Below, piece after piece: positions 1-10,164 of a stretch of 64,000 nucleotides of DNA. This stretch comes from Clostridia bacterium (GTDB taxonomy: Bacteria > Bacillota > Clostridia > UMGS1840). Under the pieces are notes generated by a model. That model made no database searches, was not told the DNA's origin, and saw nothing but the letters and a program-made list of their open reading frames with translations. How positions within the stretch are numbered: the first letter of the stretch is position 1; every line of letters starts with the position of its first letter. The stretch spans positions 72,299-136,298 of the forward strand of contig JAGAKI010000079.1 of the NCBI GenBank assembly GCA_017625695.1. The letters run 5' to 3'. A program made the translations under genes and the position numbers.

Positions 1-54
1 ATTCAGATGACCGGACCGGCAGTAAAATCCTTTGAAGGAACCATTTCTTTCTAA
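1..54 (+). CDS. 3' end of an unidentified CDS (partial, continues upstream of the window)
   Basis: Open frame from base 1 ending ...GPAVKSFEGTISF-TAA at 52-54. A hairpin terminator follows. Confidence 0.3.
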   Translation: MQMTGPAVKSFEGTISF

Positions 55-102
55 TACCCTAAAAAAGCGATTGAACCGTCTTACAAGTCCAAAATAAACG
101 AA

Positions 103-142
103 AAGGAAGAAATTCATCAAACGACGAATTTCTTCCTTTTTT
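103..142 (+). terminator. Rho-independent terminator
   Basis: 13-bp stem AAGGAAGAAATTC/GAATTTCTTCCTT followed by TTTT. Confidence 0.7.
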
Positions 143-296
143 GATGCCTTTTTTACAATTCTTTCCTCAGGAAGAAGGACTCTCTCTCATGCTGTAGTTT
201 CCGGACATAATTTAAGACCTCCTGTTGTATCTTTCTTTTACAACAAGAGGTCTTTTTTTCTATGGTCGGTCGTTACCGGACTGATTGAATTTCGTC

Positions 297-1286
297 TTAG
301 AGGTCAAAATCTTTGTCGGTAAATTCCAAAACGATTTCAGTATGAATGGATTCGCCGGGTTCTAAGAATTTTAATTCTCCGTTTTCACGCATGGTTTTTC
401 TGCCGATGGGCCAAGCGTTACCGGGTTCCAAGCCCAGCACGTATTCATATTCACCCATCATTTTCCATTCGGTTAAGAAGGGAAGAGAATCTTTGGTGAA
501 GGTCATGGTGAAGCCTACCTTGGCATCGGGGTTATACATACCGATTTTTGCTTTGCCGTTTTCTTCTTTCACGTCATAGAGATAACACTCTTCCGAGAAA
601 CCTGCCTGGGGTTTTTCCATGGTTTTTCTCATATCATATTTGGGTTGAAACCGTTCTAAGGTAGGTTTGCTGGAAATTTCGGGAATCATGACTTTTGCAG
701 TTTCAGAAAGCAGAGGATATCCTAAATTGATATGATATAATACCTGACTGGGTGCCGTTTTGTTGCCGATATTGGTAATCACATCTGCTAAGATAATTTT
801 GTTTTCGGTTTTGGAAATTTTGTAGGTACGTTTCATCTGGGTGTGGCAAGCAAATAAGGATGCTTCGGTAACGGTTGCTTCCACAATGATTTCCTCTTCG
901 GTTTCGTAGTAATTGTAGCTGTCACAGGGAGTATTGCTGATTAACCCGTGCATGGGGGTGCTTTCTCCGTCATCTTCCACGGAACCGCCCACAGCAGTCA
1001 AACCGCAAGTCGTCATAAACCCTGCAAAAAAGTTCTGCAGGAACCCTTTTCCCTTGGAATCGTCATACAGACCGGGTGCTACATAACCTGCCGGAGAAAA
1101 CCAGCCTAAGTTTACCCCTTTATAGGATAAACGGGACATATCCATACATCTGTCACACACTAAAGTCAGGTCGATGTCTTTGGTGTTTTTAATCTGCAAA
1201 AGGTTCATTCCTTTTCCTTTGCCTTTTGCTAAGGTTACTTCTTCGATCCCACCCAGCTGAGAGGGATGACCAATATACTTGTTCAT
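297..1286 (-). CDS. aldose 1-epimerase-like (DUF4432-type) protein
   Basis: 329-aa ORF. The YHINLGYP and GLEPGN motifs resemble the mutarotase-like family. A GGAG RBS lies upstream. Confidence 0.5.
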   Translation of the reverse strand: MNKYIGHPSQLGGIEEVTLAKGKGKGMNLLQIKNTKDIDLTLVCDRCMDMSRLSYKGVNLGWFSPAGYVAPGLYDDSKGKGFLQNFFAGFMTTCGLTAVGGSVEDDGESTPMHGLISNTPCDSYNYYETEEEIIVEATVTEASLFACHTQMKRTYKISKTENKIILADVITNIGNKTAPSQVLYHINLGYPLLSETAKVMIPEISSKPTLERFQPKYDMRKTMEKPQAGFSEECYLYDVKEENGKAKIGMYNPDAKVGFTMTFTKDSLPFLTEWKMMGEYEYVLGLEPGNAWPIGRKTMRENGELKFLEPGESIHTEIVLEFTDKDFDL

Positions 1287-1426
1287 AGTAAATTCTCCTT
1301 TTTTAAAATTTTCAATTTCATGGCTTCCCCTTGTGGGGAAGCTGTCACGAAGTGACTGATGAGGTGTCTGAATGTCTTAAAATATCCTGACAGACACCAT
1401 TCAATTTTTTTCTTTTCATTCCCGTG

Positions 1427-2434
1427 TTACCGTTCGATAAAGCCTATTTTTTTATAAACTTTTCTTAAAATCTTACGGGACGCAAGCTGTGCTTTTTCGG
1501 CACCGGCTTTATAAATCTGCTCTAAGTATGCTTTGTCACCCTGAAGTTTAAGATATTTTTCACGGACGGGGCGTAATTCCTCTACCACACATTCTGCCAC
1601 ATCGCCTTTGAAAATTCCATAGTTTTTGCCTTGATATTCCGCTTCAATTTCCTCGAAGGATTTGCCGGTGATGGCACCCATAATGCTCATTAAGTTTTCA
1701 ATGCCCTCTTTGCCTTCGCCGCGGCAGATTTTCATATCGCTGTCGGTTACAGCGGACTTGATTTTTTTCACAATGGCATCTGGTTCATCGGTCACGGTGA
1801 TATAAGCTTTGGGGTTTTCATCCGACTTGGACATTTTCTTGGTGGGTTCCTGTAAGCTCATAATTTTTGCACCGGTTTTAGACAGATACCCTTCGGGAAC
1901 GATGAAGGTATCCCCGTAGTGATTGTTAAAACGGATGGCAAGATCTCTTGCCAGTTCCAGATGTTGCATCTGGTCAATGCCCACCGGTACTAAATCGGTA
2001 CCGTAAAGCAGAATATCTGCTGCCATCAGCACCGGATAGGTGAACAAACCGGCACCGATGGATTCGTTCTGTTTGTTTTTGGTTTTATCTTTAAACTGGG
2101 TCATATGGGAAAGCTCGCCCATATAGGAATTACACATTAACACCCAGGCTAATTCTGCATGAGCAGGGTTATGGGACTGCATAAACATAATGTTTTTTTC
2201 CGGGTCTAATCCGCAGGCAATATACTGAGTTAAAAAGTCTAAGCACCGTTTTCTTAAATCTGCCGGATTCTGACGGACGGTAATGGCGTGCATATCTACC
2301 ACGCAGTAAGCACAGTCATATTCATCCTGGAGTTTCACCCAGTTTTTTAATGCACCGATGTAGTTACCGATGGTAATATGTCCGGAGGGCTGAATGCCCG
2401 AAAAAATTCGTTTTTTTCTTTCGATCGTTTCCAT
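1427..2434 (-). CDS. trpS: tryptophan--tRNA ligase
   Basis: 335 aa. Class I aaRS motifs: a GHITIGNY (HIGH-like) motif and KMSKS. Confidence 0.95.
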   Translation of the reverse strand: METIERKKRIFSGIQPSGHITIGNYIGALKNWVKLQDEYDCAYCVVDMHAITVRQNPADLRKRCLDFLTQYIACGLDPEKNIMFMQSHNPAHAELAWVLMCNSYMGELSHMTQFKDKTKNKQNESIGAGLFTYPVLMAADILLYGTDLVPVGIDQMQHLELARDLAIRFNNHYGDTFIVPEGYLSKTGAKIMSLQEPTKKMSKSDENPKAYITVTDEPDAIVKKIKSAVTDSDMKICRGEGKEGIENLMSIMGAITGKSFEEIEAEYQGKNYGIFKGDVAECVVEELRPVREKYLKLQGDKAYLEQIYKAGAEKAQLASRKILRKVYKKIGFIER

Positions 2435-2472
2435 TTTCTTTGCTCCTCGTCTCTGTTAGGATCATCCGAATG

Positions 2473-2545
2473 GTAGGGACAGATGCCCACATCTGTCCGC
2501 TTCCTTTGTCTCTTACCACGGGACGGTGTGGGCACCATCCCCTAC
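2473..2545. repeat. REP-like palindromic hairpin, inverted dimer
   Basis: GTAGGGACAGATGCCCACATCTGTCCGC, then 18 nt, then CGGGACGGTGTGGGCACCATCCCCTAC. Same family as nine other loci. Confidence 0.85.
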
Positions 2546-2567
2546 AGTTTTGGGGTTTTTGTTTCCC

Positions 2568-3752
2568 TTACAGATTTTCTTTTAATACTTCTGCTAAAAT
2601 GCCGATACCCTCGATAATTTTATCGTCAGTCATGGTGGAATAATTTAAGCGGAAGCAGTTACAGGGTTTACTCATATCGGTCATAAAATTGGAACCCGGC
2701 ACAAATGCCACATTCTTTTCCACGCCTTTTTTCACAATGCCTGCCGCATCAATCCCTTCCGGTAAGGTACACCAGATGAATAAGCCCCCTTCCGGACGAG
2801 TATATTTCACAAAATCGGGGAAGTGTTTATCCATTTCGGATAACATCAGTTCACACTGATGTCCGTAGAGTTCTCTTGCTTTTGCAATATGTGCATCAAT
2901 ATCACAGGTTTTTAGCCATTCGGATGCAATTACCTGAGTTAACAGGTTGGTATGCACGTCGTTGACTTGTTTTGCAACCACCATTTTTTCCATAATTTCG
3001 GGAATCCCGTGGGTGAATCCAAGTCTTAAGCCGGGTGCCAAAATTTTGGAGAAGGAACCGAAATACATCACCGCATTTTCTGTATCCATAGATTTTAAAG
3101 TGGGTACGTTTTCTCCTTTGAACCGAAGTTCGCCATAGGGATTATCTTCAAAAATCACCACATTGTACTGATATGCCAAAGAAAGCAGTTTTTTTCTCTT
3201 TTCTAAACTCATAGTAATGCCGGTGGGATTCTGGAAGGTGGGAATCACGTAAATAATACGGACTCTGTCATCTGATTTTAAAATCTCTTCCAGTTTATCC
3301 AGATTCATCCCGTCATCTTCCACGGGGACGCCTTTTAATACAGCCCCATAGGTACGAAATGAGTTCAACGCCCCGATAAAGCTGGGTTCTTCCACAATGA
3401 TGGTATCACCGGGGTTTAAAATACTTTTGACTGCCAAATCCAACCCCTGCTGACCGCCGGTGGTGATGATGGTATTCGAGCCTTCCCGGTAGATGCCTTG
3501 TTTTTTCAGTCTGGCTTCTACCTGTTCAATCAAAGGAGTATACCCCTCGGTAATGCCGTACTGCAAGCATAAAGAGGGCATTTCGGTTAATACCTTCTGT
3601 GCAATCTCTTTGATTTCTTCCACAGGGAAGGTTAACGGAGAGGGATTTCCTCCCGCAAAGGAGATGATGCCGGGTTTTGCCATGGTTTTAAACATTTCAC
3701 GGATGGCAGAGCCTTGCATCGTTTTCATTGTGTCGGAAATATGATATTTCAT
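2568..3752 (-). CDS. PLP-dependent aminotransferase (class I/II)
   Basis: SFSKILAPGLRLG pyridoxal-Lys region. Start moved to MKYHISD (3752), which has a GAAAGGAAG RBS. Confidence 0.85.
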   Translation of the reverse strand: MKYHISDTMKTMQGSAIREMFKTMAKPGIISFAGGNPSPLTFPVEEIKEIAQKVLTEMPSLCLQYGITEGYTPLIEQVEARLKKQGIYREGSNTIITTGGQQGLDLAVKSILNPGDTIIVEEPSFIGALNSFRTYGAVLKGVPVEDDGMNLDKLEEILKSDDRVRIIYVIPTFQNPTGITMSLEKRKKLLSLAYQYNVVIFEDNPYGELRFKGENVPTLKSMDTENAVMYFGSFSKILAPGLRLGFTHGIPEIMEKMVVAKQVNDVHTNLLTQVIASEWLKTCDIDAHIAKARELYGHQCELMLSEMDKHFPDFVKYTRPEGGLFIWCTLPEGIDAAGIVKKGVEKNVAFVPGSNFMTDMSKPCNCFRLNYSTMTDDKIIEGIGILAEVLKENL

Positions 3753-3784
3753 GTTTGGTCTTCCTTTCTTACGCAACGTGGTTT

Positions 3785-4459
3785 CTATAGTTCATTTGGA
3801 TAGTAGGTTTTGATTGCCTGCAGAGCTGCCTGCTTTTCCGCTTCTTTTTTGGTTTTGCCCTCGCCCTCACCAAGCACTTTTCCCATATGGGAAACCTGGC
3901 TGACAAAAAATTTGTCATGGTCGGGACCTTCAGACTTCACCAGTTCATAAACCAGATCCACCTTAGAATCCTTTTGCACCAATTCCTGAAGCTTGGACTT
4001 GGAATCCAGCACATTTCGGTTTTTTACGGTATCTGCCACCGCATCCCGCATTAAACGAAGCACCACTTCTTTGGCGGTAGCAAAATCGCTGTCTAAAAAC
4101 ACCGCACCGAAAATAGCTTCCAGCGTGTCTGACGTGGTAGAATCCAGTTTTTCAATTCCCAATAGCTTTTCTCCGTTTCCGATTAACAAAAACCGGGGAA
4201 TCTCTAAAGAATTTGCCACAATAGCCAAGGATTTTTCACAAACCACAGATGCTTTTAATTTGGTTAACTCCCCTTCTTTCACGTCGGGAAGCAGTTTGTA
4301 AAGCTCCTCGGCAATTGTTAAGCCTAACACCGAATCTCCCAAAAATTCCAACCGCTGATTATACTCCTTTAAGTTATGCTCCACTGCATAGGACCGGCGG
4401 GTCAACGCGGTGCGAAGCAGTTCTTTATTTTGAAATGTGTAACCGATTTTTGTCTCCAT
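3785..4459 (-). CDS. rnc: ribonuclease III
   Basis: RNase III signature ERLEFLGDSVLG with a C-terminal dsRBD. Start METKIGY has an AAAGGAGGG RBS. Confidence 0.93.
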   Translation of the reverse strand: METKIGYTFQNKELLRTALTRRSYAVEHNLKEYNQRLEFLGDSVLGLTIAEELYKLLPDVKEGELTKLKASVVCEKSLAIVANSLEIPRFLLIGNGEKLLGIEKLDSTTSDTLEAIFGAVFLDSDFATAKEVVLRLMRDAVADTVKNRNVLDSKSKLQELVQKDSKVDLVYELVKSEGPDHDKFFVSQVSHMGKVLGEGEGKTKKEAEKQAALQAIKTYYPNEL

Positions 4460-4490
4460 TTTTTTCCCTCCTTTCTGTGAAAATATCATT

Positions 4491-4563
4491 GTAGGGACAG
4501 ATGCCCACATCTGTCCGCTGTTTTGGAATGGTAACACGGGACGATGAGGGCATCGTCCCCTAC
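4491..4563. repeat. REP-like palindromic hairpin, inverted dimer
   Basis: GTAGGGACAGATGCCCACATCTGTCCGC, then 18 nt, then CGGGACGATGAGGGCATCGTCCCCTAC. Confidence 0.85.
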
Positions 4564-5162
4564 AGTTTTATTTTTAAAAAGTTTTTCAGTAGCTTTAACC
4601 CTGTTTTTCCGCTTTTTTCCGGATGAAACTGGGTTAAAAACACATGTTCTCTCTGATAGGCACAGTCAAAGGGAATCCCGTATTCAGAAGTGGCAATCAC
4701 TTCTTCCCGGTTTTTGGCTTCTAAATAATAGCTATGCACAAAATAGAAATAGTCATCGGGTAAATCGCAAAACAAGGGACTTTCCTTATGGGTAATCCGA
4801 TTCCATCCAATCTGGGGTACTTTTTTGCAGAGTTCCACGGGGAACTTCTTAATGTTACCGGGGAAAATGCCAAGTCCGGGCAATTCGCCCTCTTCAGATG
4901 TTTCAAAACACATCTGAAGTCCCACACAGATGCCTAAAAAGGGAGTCTTTTGATCGATGACTTCATAAACGGTTTCAATTAAACCGGACTGTCTGATACT
5001 TCCCATGGCATCATCAAAGCTACCCACACCGGGTAAAATCACGTGGTCGGCAGAACGAATTATTTCTTTATCTGAGGTAATTTGTACCTCATTGGTAAAC
5101 TGTTTTAAGGCATTGGAAACCCCAAACAGATTTCCTGCGCCATAGTCAATAATTGCAATCAT
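4560..5162 (-). CDS. hisH: imidazole glycerol phosphate synthase, glutaminase subunit
   Basis: GATase-1 motifs GICVGLQ, YFVHSY and QFHPEKS. Start MIAIIDYG has a GAAGAGG RBS. Confidence 0.9.
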   Translation of the reverse strand: MIAIIDYGAGNLFGVSNALKQFTNEVQITSDKEIIRSADHVILPGVGSFDDAMGSIRQSGLIETVYEVIDQKTPFLGICVGLQMCFETSEEGELPGLGIFPGNIKKFPVELCKKVPQIGWNRITHKESPLFCDLPDDYFYFVHSYYLEAKNREEVIATSEYGIPFDCAYQREHVFLTQFHPEKSGKTGLKLLKNFLKIKL

Positions 5163-5178
5163 AGGTGCCTCTTCTAAC

Positions 5179-5844
5179 TTATTCAATCACTGCCTTTAAG
5201 TTTTCAATCATCGGCAGGATTTGTTTTTTCATTTTCATGCTGACTTTATTGATAATCAGACGTGCAGACAGCTGACATACTTCTTCCAGCACGCCAAGTC
5301 CGTTTTCTTCTAATGTTTTGCCCGATTCCACAATATCCACAATCACGTCAGACAATCCTACAATGGGTGCCAGCTCGATGGATCCGTTTAATTTGATGAT
5401 ATCGGGAGACTGTTTTTTCACATCTTTAAAGTAGGCTCTGGCAATGTTGGGATACTTAGTGGCAACTTTTAAGGAAGATACCCGGCTTTGTAATTTTTCT
5501 CTTGCTGATTCGGGACCGCAGACACACATTCTGCATTTGCCGAAATTTAAGTTCAATACTTCATAAAGGCTTCTGCCCTCTTCTAAAATCGTATCTTTCC
5601 CTACAATGCCGATATCTGCAGCACCGTATTCCACATAACAGGGAACATCAGATGCTTTTACCAGAATATATTTGATTTTACCGACTTCATCGGTAAAAAT
5701 CAGTTTTCTGCCTTTGTCCTCCAGGCAGGAAATATCATAGCCTGCTTTCCCGAAAATTTCTGCGGCATAATCCCCCAGACGGCCTTTTGCCAATGCAACT
5801 GTAATATAATTCAATTTATTCTCCCTCTCTTTCACCATTAACAA
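5179..5844 (-). CDS. hisG: ATP phosphoribosyltransferase (short form)
   Basis: 221 aa, ITVALAKGRL N-terminus. Adjacent to hisZ as expected for short-form HisG. Exact start uncertain. Confidence 0.88.
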   Translation of the reverse strand: MLMVKERENKLNYITVALAKGRLGDYAAEIFGKAGYDISCLEDKGRKLIFTDEVGKIKYILVKASDVPCYVEYGAADIGIVGKDTILEEGRSLYEVLNLNFGKCRMCVCGPESAREKLQSRVSSLKVATKYPNIARAYFKDVKKQSPDIIKLNGSIELAPIVGLSDVIVDIVESGKTLEENGLGVLEEVCQLSARLIINKVSMKMKKQILPMIENLKAVIE

Positions 5845-6907
5845 TCACAGACAAACCGGCTTTTCTTAATTCTTTGGCTTTTTGAATCATTGCTTTTTTA
5901 TCTTCACCGGATAATATTTCGTCTGCTTTGGGAGCTTGATAAGAAATCACATGGCTCATCCCATCCATCAAACGGTTGATATAGATTGCAGAACCGGTTG
6001 CAGGGATTTCTTTGCCGAAACGGGAAATCAGCTTATCATACCGACCTCCGCCGGCCACGGGAAATCCTACTCCCTGATGGAAGATTTTAAAAATCATTCC
6101 GGTATAGTAATCCATATTTTTATTCATACCCAAATCAAAGGTAATATAGTTTTCATAGCCGTAATAAGAAAGATAAGTGTAAATTTCCAAAAGGTCAGTC
6201 AACGCTTTTTTGGACTGGTCGGGAAGTCTTTTCTCTAACATTTCATCTAAAACTTCTTTCCCGCCGAACAGAGTAGGTAATCGTAAAATAATATCTTTAA
6301 TAGATTCCTCCAAGGTAACACTCTTAAGAACCTCTTCCATGGAAAGGATATCTTTTTTTACCATCAGATCGTTGATTTCTTCCTGAAGTTCTTCCGATAA
6401 ATGACTTTCCGACAAAAGACCTCTGACAAAATTCACATTGCCCAATTCCACCATAAAATCGGCAGCACCGGCATCCAGCAGTGCATTTACCGTCACAGCA
6501 ATGACTTCCGCATCATAAAAGGTGCCTGTTTCTCCCAGAAGCTCGATGCCTGCCTGGGTAAATTCGTTCTGTCTGCCTCCTTTGGTGGGGTCAGAAAAAC
6601 GGTAGACATTCCCAAGATAAGATGCTCTGACCGGAAGCTGGTCAAATAACTTGGTTGCAGCTACTCTGGCAATGGGCATCGTCATATCGGGACGTAAGGA
6701 CACGACAGCGCCGTTTCTGTCTACCAAACGGTATAAGCCGTCTGCATCGGAAAACACACTGTCATACTCCATTAAGGGAGTTTCCAACGGAAAATATCCA
6801 TAGGACTCAAAACATCCCATAATACTTTCTTCCGTCTGATGTTTGAACCGGCACTCCGAAAATAAAATATCGTTGGTACCTTCTAAAGTTAATGCTGTTT
6901 TTTTCAT
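5816..6907 (-). CDS. hisZ: ATP phosphoribosyltransferase regulatory subunit
   Basis: HisRS-like class II core without an anticodon-binding domain. The start is ambiguous: ATG at 6907 or TTG at 6973. Confidence 0.8.
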   Translation of the reverse strand: MKKTALTLEGTNDILFSECRFKHQTEESIMGCFESYGYFPLETPLMEYDSVFSDADGLYRLVDRNGAVVSLRPDMTMPIARVAATKLFDQLPVRASYLGNVYRFSDPTKGGRQNEFTQAGIELLGETGTFYDAEVIAVTVNALLDAGAADFMVELGNVNFVRGLLSESHLSEELQEEINDLMVKKDILSMEEVLKSVTLEESIKDIILRLPTLFGGKEVLDEMLEKRLPDQSKKALTDLLEIYTYLSYYGYENYITFDLGMNKNMDYYTGMIFKIFHQGVGFPVAGGGRYDKLISRFGKEIPATGSAIYINRLMDGMSHVISYQAPKADEILSGEDKKAMIQKAKELRKAGLSVIVNGEREGE

Positions 6908-6973
6908 AGCGATATGACGACTCCTTTGTTTTTGACTGACACTTCTCTCTTTGAAAACGGTTGGATCAAACAA

Positions 6974-8077
6974 CTAATCTTTCAAACGAACGGGAAGCAC
7001 CATATAGATAAAATCGTTTCGGTCGGTTCCCCGTAAAATGCAAGGGCTTAAATGATTGGAAAAATCCATCATAATTTCCTCGGTTTCCGAAGCTTTTAAC
7101 GCATCCAGCACAAATTTATGGTTGAAACCGATTTCTAAATCAGCACCGTCTTTTTCAATGGAAATTTCATCCTGTGCCTGACCGATTCTGGAAACGGTAT
7201 TTAATTTCATCTGATTTGCTGTCATGGTCATACGGATGGGGGCTTTATTGTCTGCAGTAATCAGCAAAGAAGCACGTTCCAATGCGTCTACCAAATCACG
7301 GGTTACTACTTTTACTTTGATTTCCGCATTTTTGGGGATAATCTGCTGATAGTTAAAGAATTCTCCATCAATGAGTCTGGTATAGAATTCATAATTTTCA
7401 ATTTTCACCAATGCTTTTTTGTGACCGAATTCAATCACCGTTTCTTCCTGGGAATCGGTCAGAATTTTAAGAAGTTCATTTAAACTCTTTCCGGGAATGA
7501 TGAAGGAACGATTTTCTCCGGTCGGATCAATTTCTTCTTTTCTGACTGCCATACGGTATCCGTCTAAGGTAACAACGGTCAGTTCGTTATCTTTTACTTC
7601 AAACAAGGCACCGGTAAAGGTGATTTTGGTATCCTGGGTACCGATGGAGAACAGAGTTTTTTTAATCAGCTCTTTTAATTTATTCTCTTTGATTTTGACA
7701 GAAAACTCACAGTTCATATCTTCCACCACCGGGAAGGGTTCAGCTTCCATTGCCACAATTTCATATTTGGTGGAACCGCTTTTGATTACGGTATTTAAAT
7801 TTTCCATAATTTCCACGGTTACCAGACCTTCCGGCATGAGACGAACCATATCAAAGAAGGTTTTGGCGTTGAGTACTCCAACTCCTTCTTCCATGATATC
7901 TGCTTCCATTCTTGCTTTGATGGCAATTTCGGTATTGTTACCGATTAAGGTCAGCATTCCGGAGGAAGCATGCAGATAAACCCCCTCCAGCTGTGCAACT
8001 GCCGCTTTGGGAGATACTGCTTTTAATACAATAGATAAATTCTCTAACAGAACTTCTCGTAAACAGTTAAATTTCAT
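6974..8077 (-). CDS. dnaN: DNA polymerase III beta sliding clamp
   Basis: 367 aa, three-domain clamp length. Lies directly downstream of dnaA. Confidence 0.95.
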   Translation of the reverse strand: MKFNCLREVLLENLSIVLKAVSPKAAVAQLEGVYLHASSGMLTLIGNNTEIAIKARMEADIMEEGVGVLNAKTFFDMVRLMPEGLVTVEIMENLNTVIKSGSTKYEIVAMEAEPFPVVEDMNCEFSVKIKENKLKELIKKTLFSIGTQDTKITFTGALFEVKDNELTVVTLDGYRMAVRKEEIDPTGENRSFIIPGKSLNELLKILTDSQEETVIEFGHKKALVKIENYEFYTRLIDGEFFNYQQIIPKNAEIKVKVVTRDLVDALERASLLITADNKAPIRMTMTANQMKLNTVSRIGQAQDEISIEKDGADLEIGFNHKFVLDALKASETEEIMMDFSNHLSPCILRGTDRNDFIYMVLPVRLKD

Positions 8078-8207
8078 CGGTTAACTTCCTTTCTCGAATT
8101 TTTTTTGATTCTCTCTTTCTTTCAAGGGGCAAAGCAAAAAAGTTCGGATGCGATAGATAAATAAATAGTAAAGTATAAAAAAGGAAAACAGTGTTATTAA
8201 TAGGGCG

Positions 8208-8468
8208 TGTGGAAATGTTGAAAACCGTCGAATTCTTTTTGTTACCAACCTTTTTTGGTGTTGATAAAGATGAAAATAACTTGTGCATAAAATTGTTCTT
8301 TTCCACATAGCATAGTAGGGGGAATTTTTTTCCACACCCATTCGACAGAAATTCCCTGTGGATTTGTGTAATCTTTTGTGGGATTTTTAAAACACCGGAA
8401 TTTCCCACTGTTGATAACGTTCAACTTTTCCATAGGAATTCCAAACAATTCCACGAAAGTTATACACA
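8208..8468. promoter_or_regulatory. DnaA-box cluster in the dnaA-dnaN spacer (oriC part 2)
   Basis: TGTGGAAAT 8208-8216 (7/9). TTTTCCACA 8299-8307 and 8328-8336 (8/9). TGTGGATTT 8357-8365 (7/9). TTATACACA 8460-8468 (8/9). A very AT-rich tract follows at 8500-8677. The spacer is 600 bp and non-coding. Confidence 0.75.
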
Positions 8469-8677
8469 AAACTGTTTATAAAGCATTTTTGTGTCACGTG
8501 ATTTAAGGGTAATTCATAAATAATTTTTTTATAAATATCAGTATGAAAATGGTGATAATGGTTAACCAATAAAACACCCGTAATATTAAATTCAGATTTT
8601 CGTACCAAAATTTTTTTAAAAAATAAAATAATTTCATCTTACATCGTAACAGATAATAGAAAAAAACAATGGCTGTG

Positions 8678-10000
8678 TTAGTCTACCAGAAGACCGGTGA
8701 TTTCTTCGATAATGGTATCAATGTAGGCATCTGTCTGTCTGGTTTCTTTGATTTTTTCAATGGAATACATTACGGTAGAATGGTCTCTTCCGCCAAATTC
8801 TTCCCCGATTTTGGGTAAGCTCATTTCCAATACTTCTCTTGCTAAAAACATGGCAACCTGACGGGCTTTTACAATTTCTTTCTTTTTGGAAGAAGATTTT
8901 AACAGCTGGGGGTCGATGTTAAAGTAACCTGCAGTTTCCACCATAACGGTTTCAATTCCGGGTTTTACTTTTTTATTGTCCGCAATAATAACTTTAATCA
9001 CATCTTCCGCAATTTCACGGGTGATTTCCTGTTTGGATAATTTGGTCATTGCCACCAGACGGGTAAAAATACCTTCCAGTTCACGGACATTGGATTTGAT
9101 TTTTGATGCAATAAACTGGATAATTTCATCCTCAAGGGGGAAGTCCTCTTCCTCGGTTTTTTTCTTTAAAATGGCGATTCTGGTTTCTAAATCCGGAGCA
9201 TTGATATCACACATTAATCCTGCTTCAAAACGGGTTCTTAAGCGTTCTTCCAGGGTTCTGATATCTTTGGGAGGACGGTCAGAGGATAATACAATCTGTT
9301 TATCATTATGATATAAATGATTAAAGGTATGGAAGAATTCTTCCTGGGTTCCTTCTTTCCCTCCGATAAACTGAATATCGTCAACCATCAGCACATCAAT
9401 GTTACGCAGCTTGTCCCGAAAGGTGGTATTCTGTCCGGATTTAATGGAGTCGATAAACTCATTGGTAAAGGATTCTGAAGTTAAGTACAACACCTTCTTT
9501 GTGGGGTCGTTTTCTTTGATGCGGTTTCCGATTGCATGGAGCAGATGGGTTTTTCCCAGTCCAACACCCCCGTAGATGAATAAGGGGTTATAATTTTCTG
9601 CCGGACTTTCTGCAACTGCAACTGCTGCAGCATGTGCAAACCGGTTGGATTCCCCGATAACAAAGTTAGAAAAGGTATATTTTTTATTTAACGTGGAGGG
9701 TTCTTCCTCCATGGTATTGAACCGGTCTAACACCGAAGGAGTATTTTTTCTGTCATCTACAATAAAATCATATTCGGTCAGTTTTCCCTGAGAAGCGGTT
9801 ACGACAGCACTTTTTACCAGTTCTTTATATTTTTTTAAGATCATATCACGGGTATATTCAATGGGAACCCGTAAGTACAGGATATCATTTTCTATCTTTT
9901 CCGGTGTAACGGAATGGAACCAGGTGCTGTATGCCACCGGAGAAATTTCGTTTTTTATTATGTCAACTACCTTTTGGTAGAGTTCATCCGTGGAAAACAA
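8678..10000 (-). CDS. dnaA: chromosomal replication initiator DnaA
   Basis: 440 aa. AAA+ Walker A GGVGLGKTHL and a C-terminal DNA-binding region GGRDHSTV. Confidence 0.97.
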   Translation of the reverse strand: MFSTDELYQKVVDIIKNEISPVAYSTWFHSVTPEKIENDILYLRVPIEYTRDMILKKYKELVKSAVVTASQGKLTEYDFIVDDRKNTPSVLDRFNTMEEEPSTLNKKYTFSNFVIGESNRFAHAAAVAVAESPAENYNPLFIYGGVGLGKTHLLHAIGNRIKENDPTKKVLYLTSESFTNEFIDSIKSGQNTTFRDKLRNIDVLMVDDIQFIGGKEGTQEEFFHTFNHLYHNDKQIVLSSDRPPKDIRTLEERLRTRFEAGLMCDINAPDLETRIAILKKKTEEEDFPLEDEIIQFIASKIKSNVRELEGIFTRLVAMTKLSKQEITREIAEDVIKVIIADNKKVKPGIETVMVETAGYFNIDPQLLKSSSKKKEIVKARQVAMFLAREVLEMSLPKIGEEFGGRDHSTVMYSIEKIKETRQTDAYIDTIIEEITGLLVD

Positions 10001-10024
10001 GCGATTTCACCTCATTTTTTCTAT

Positions 10025-10069
10025 TATTCCACATTTTCTGTGGAAAAAATTTTCAATTACTGTGGAAAA
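10025..10069. promoter_or_regulatory. DnaA boxes upstream of dnaA (oriC part 1 / dnaA autoregulation)
   Basis: TATTCCACA 10025-10033 (7/9). TGTGGAAAA at 10039-10047 and 10061-10069 (8/9 to TGTGGATAA). An AT-rich tract lies at 10101-10146. Confidence 0.75.
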
Positions 10070-10164
10070 CCTATCTGCTCAAATATAGGGTTTTCCTCGT
10101 TTTTTGGTTTACATAATAATTAGAAAAATAATTTTTATTTTTTTTCAGTTTCCCTCTTGACATC

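Noticed and set aside
2435-2567. Expected T-box leaders upstream of trpS (also serS at 11904-12146 and glyQS at 28874-29153)
   Set aside because: No T-box sequence (AATTAGGGTGGTACCGCG-like) or specifier-loop architecture was seen. The spacers are occupied by REP dimers, a plain promoter or other repeats.
8067-8608. Four overlapping 73-113 aa ORFs in the dnaA-dnaN spacer
   Set aside because: They lie in an AT-rich region containing DnaA boxes. They overlap one another, lack RBSs and have low-complexity translations. The region is interpreted as oriC.
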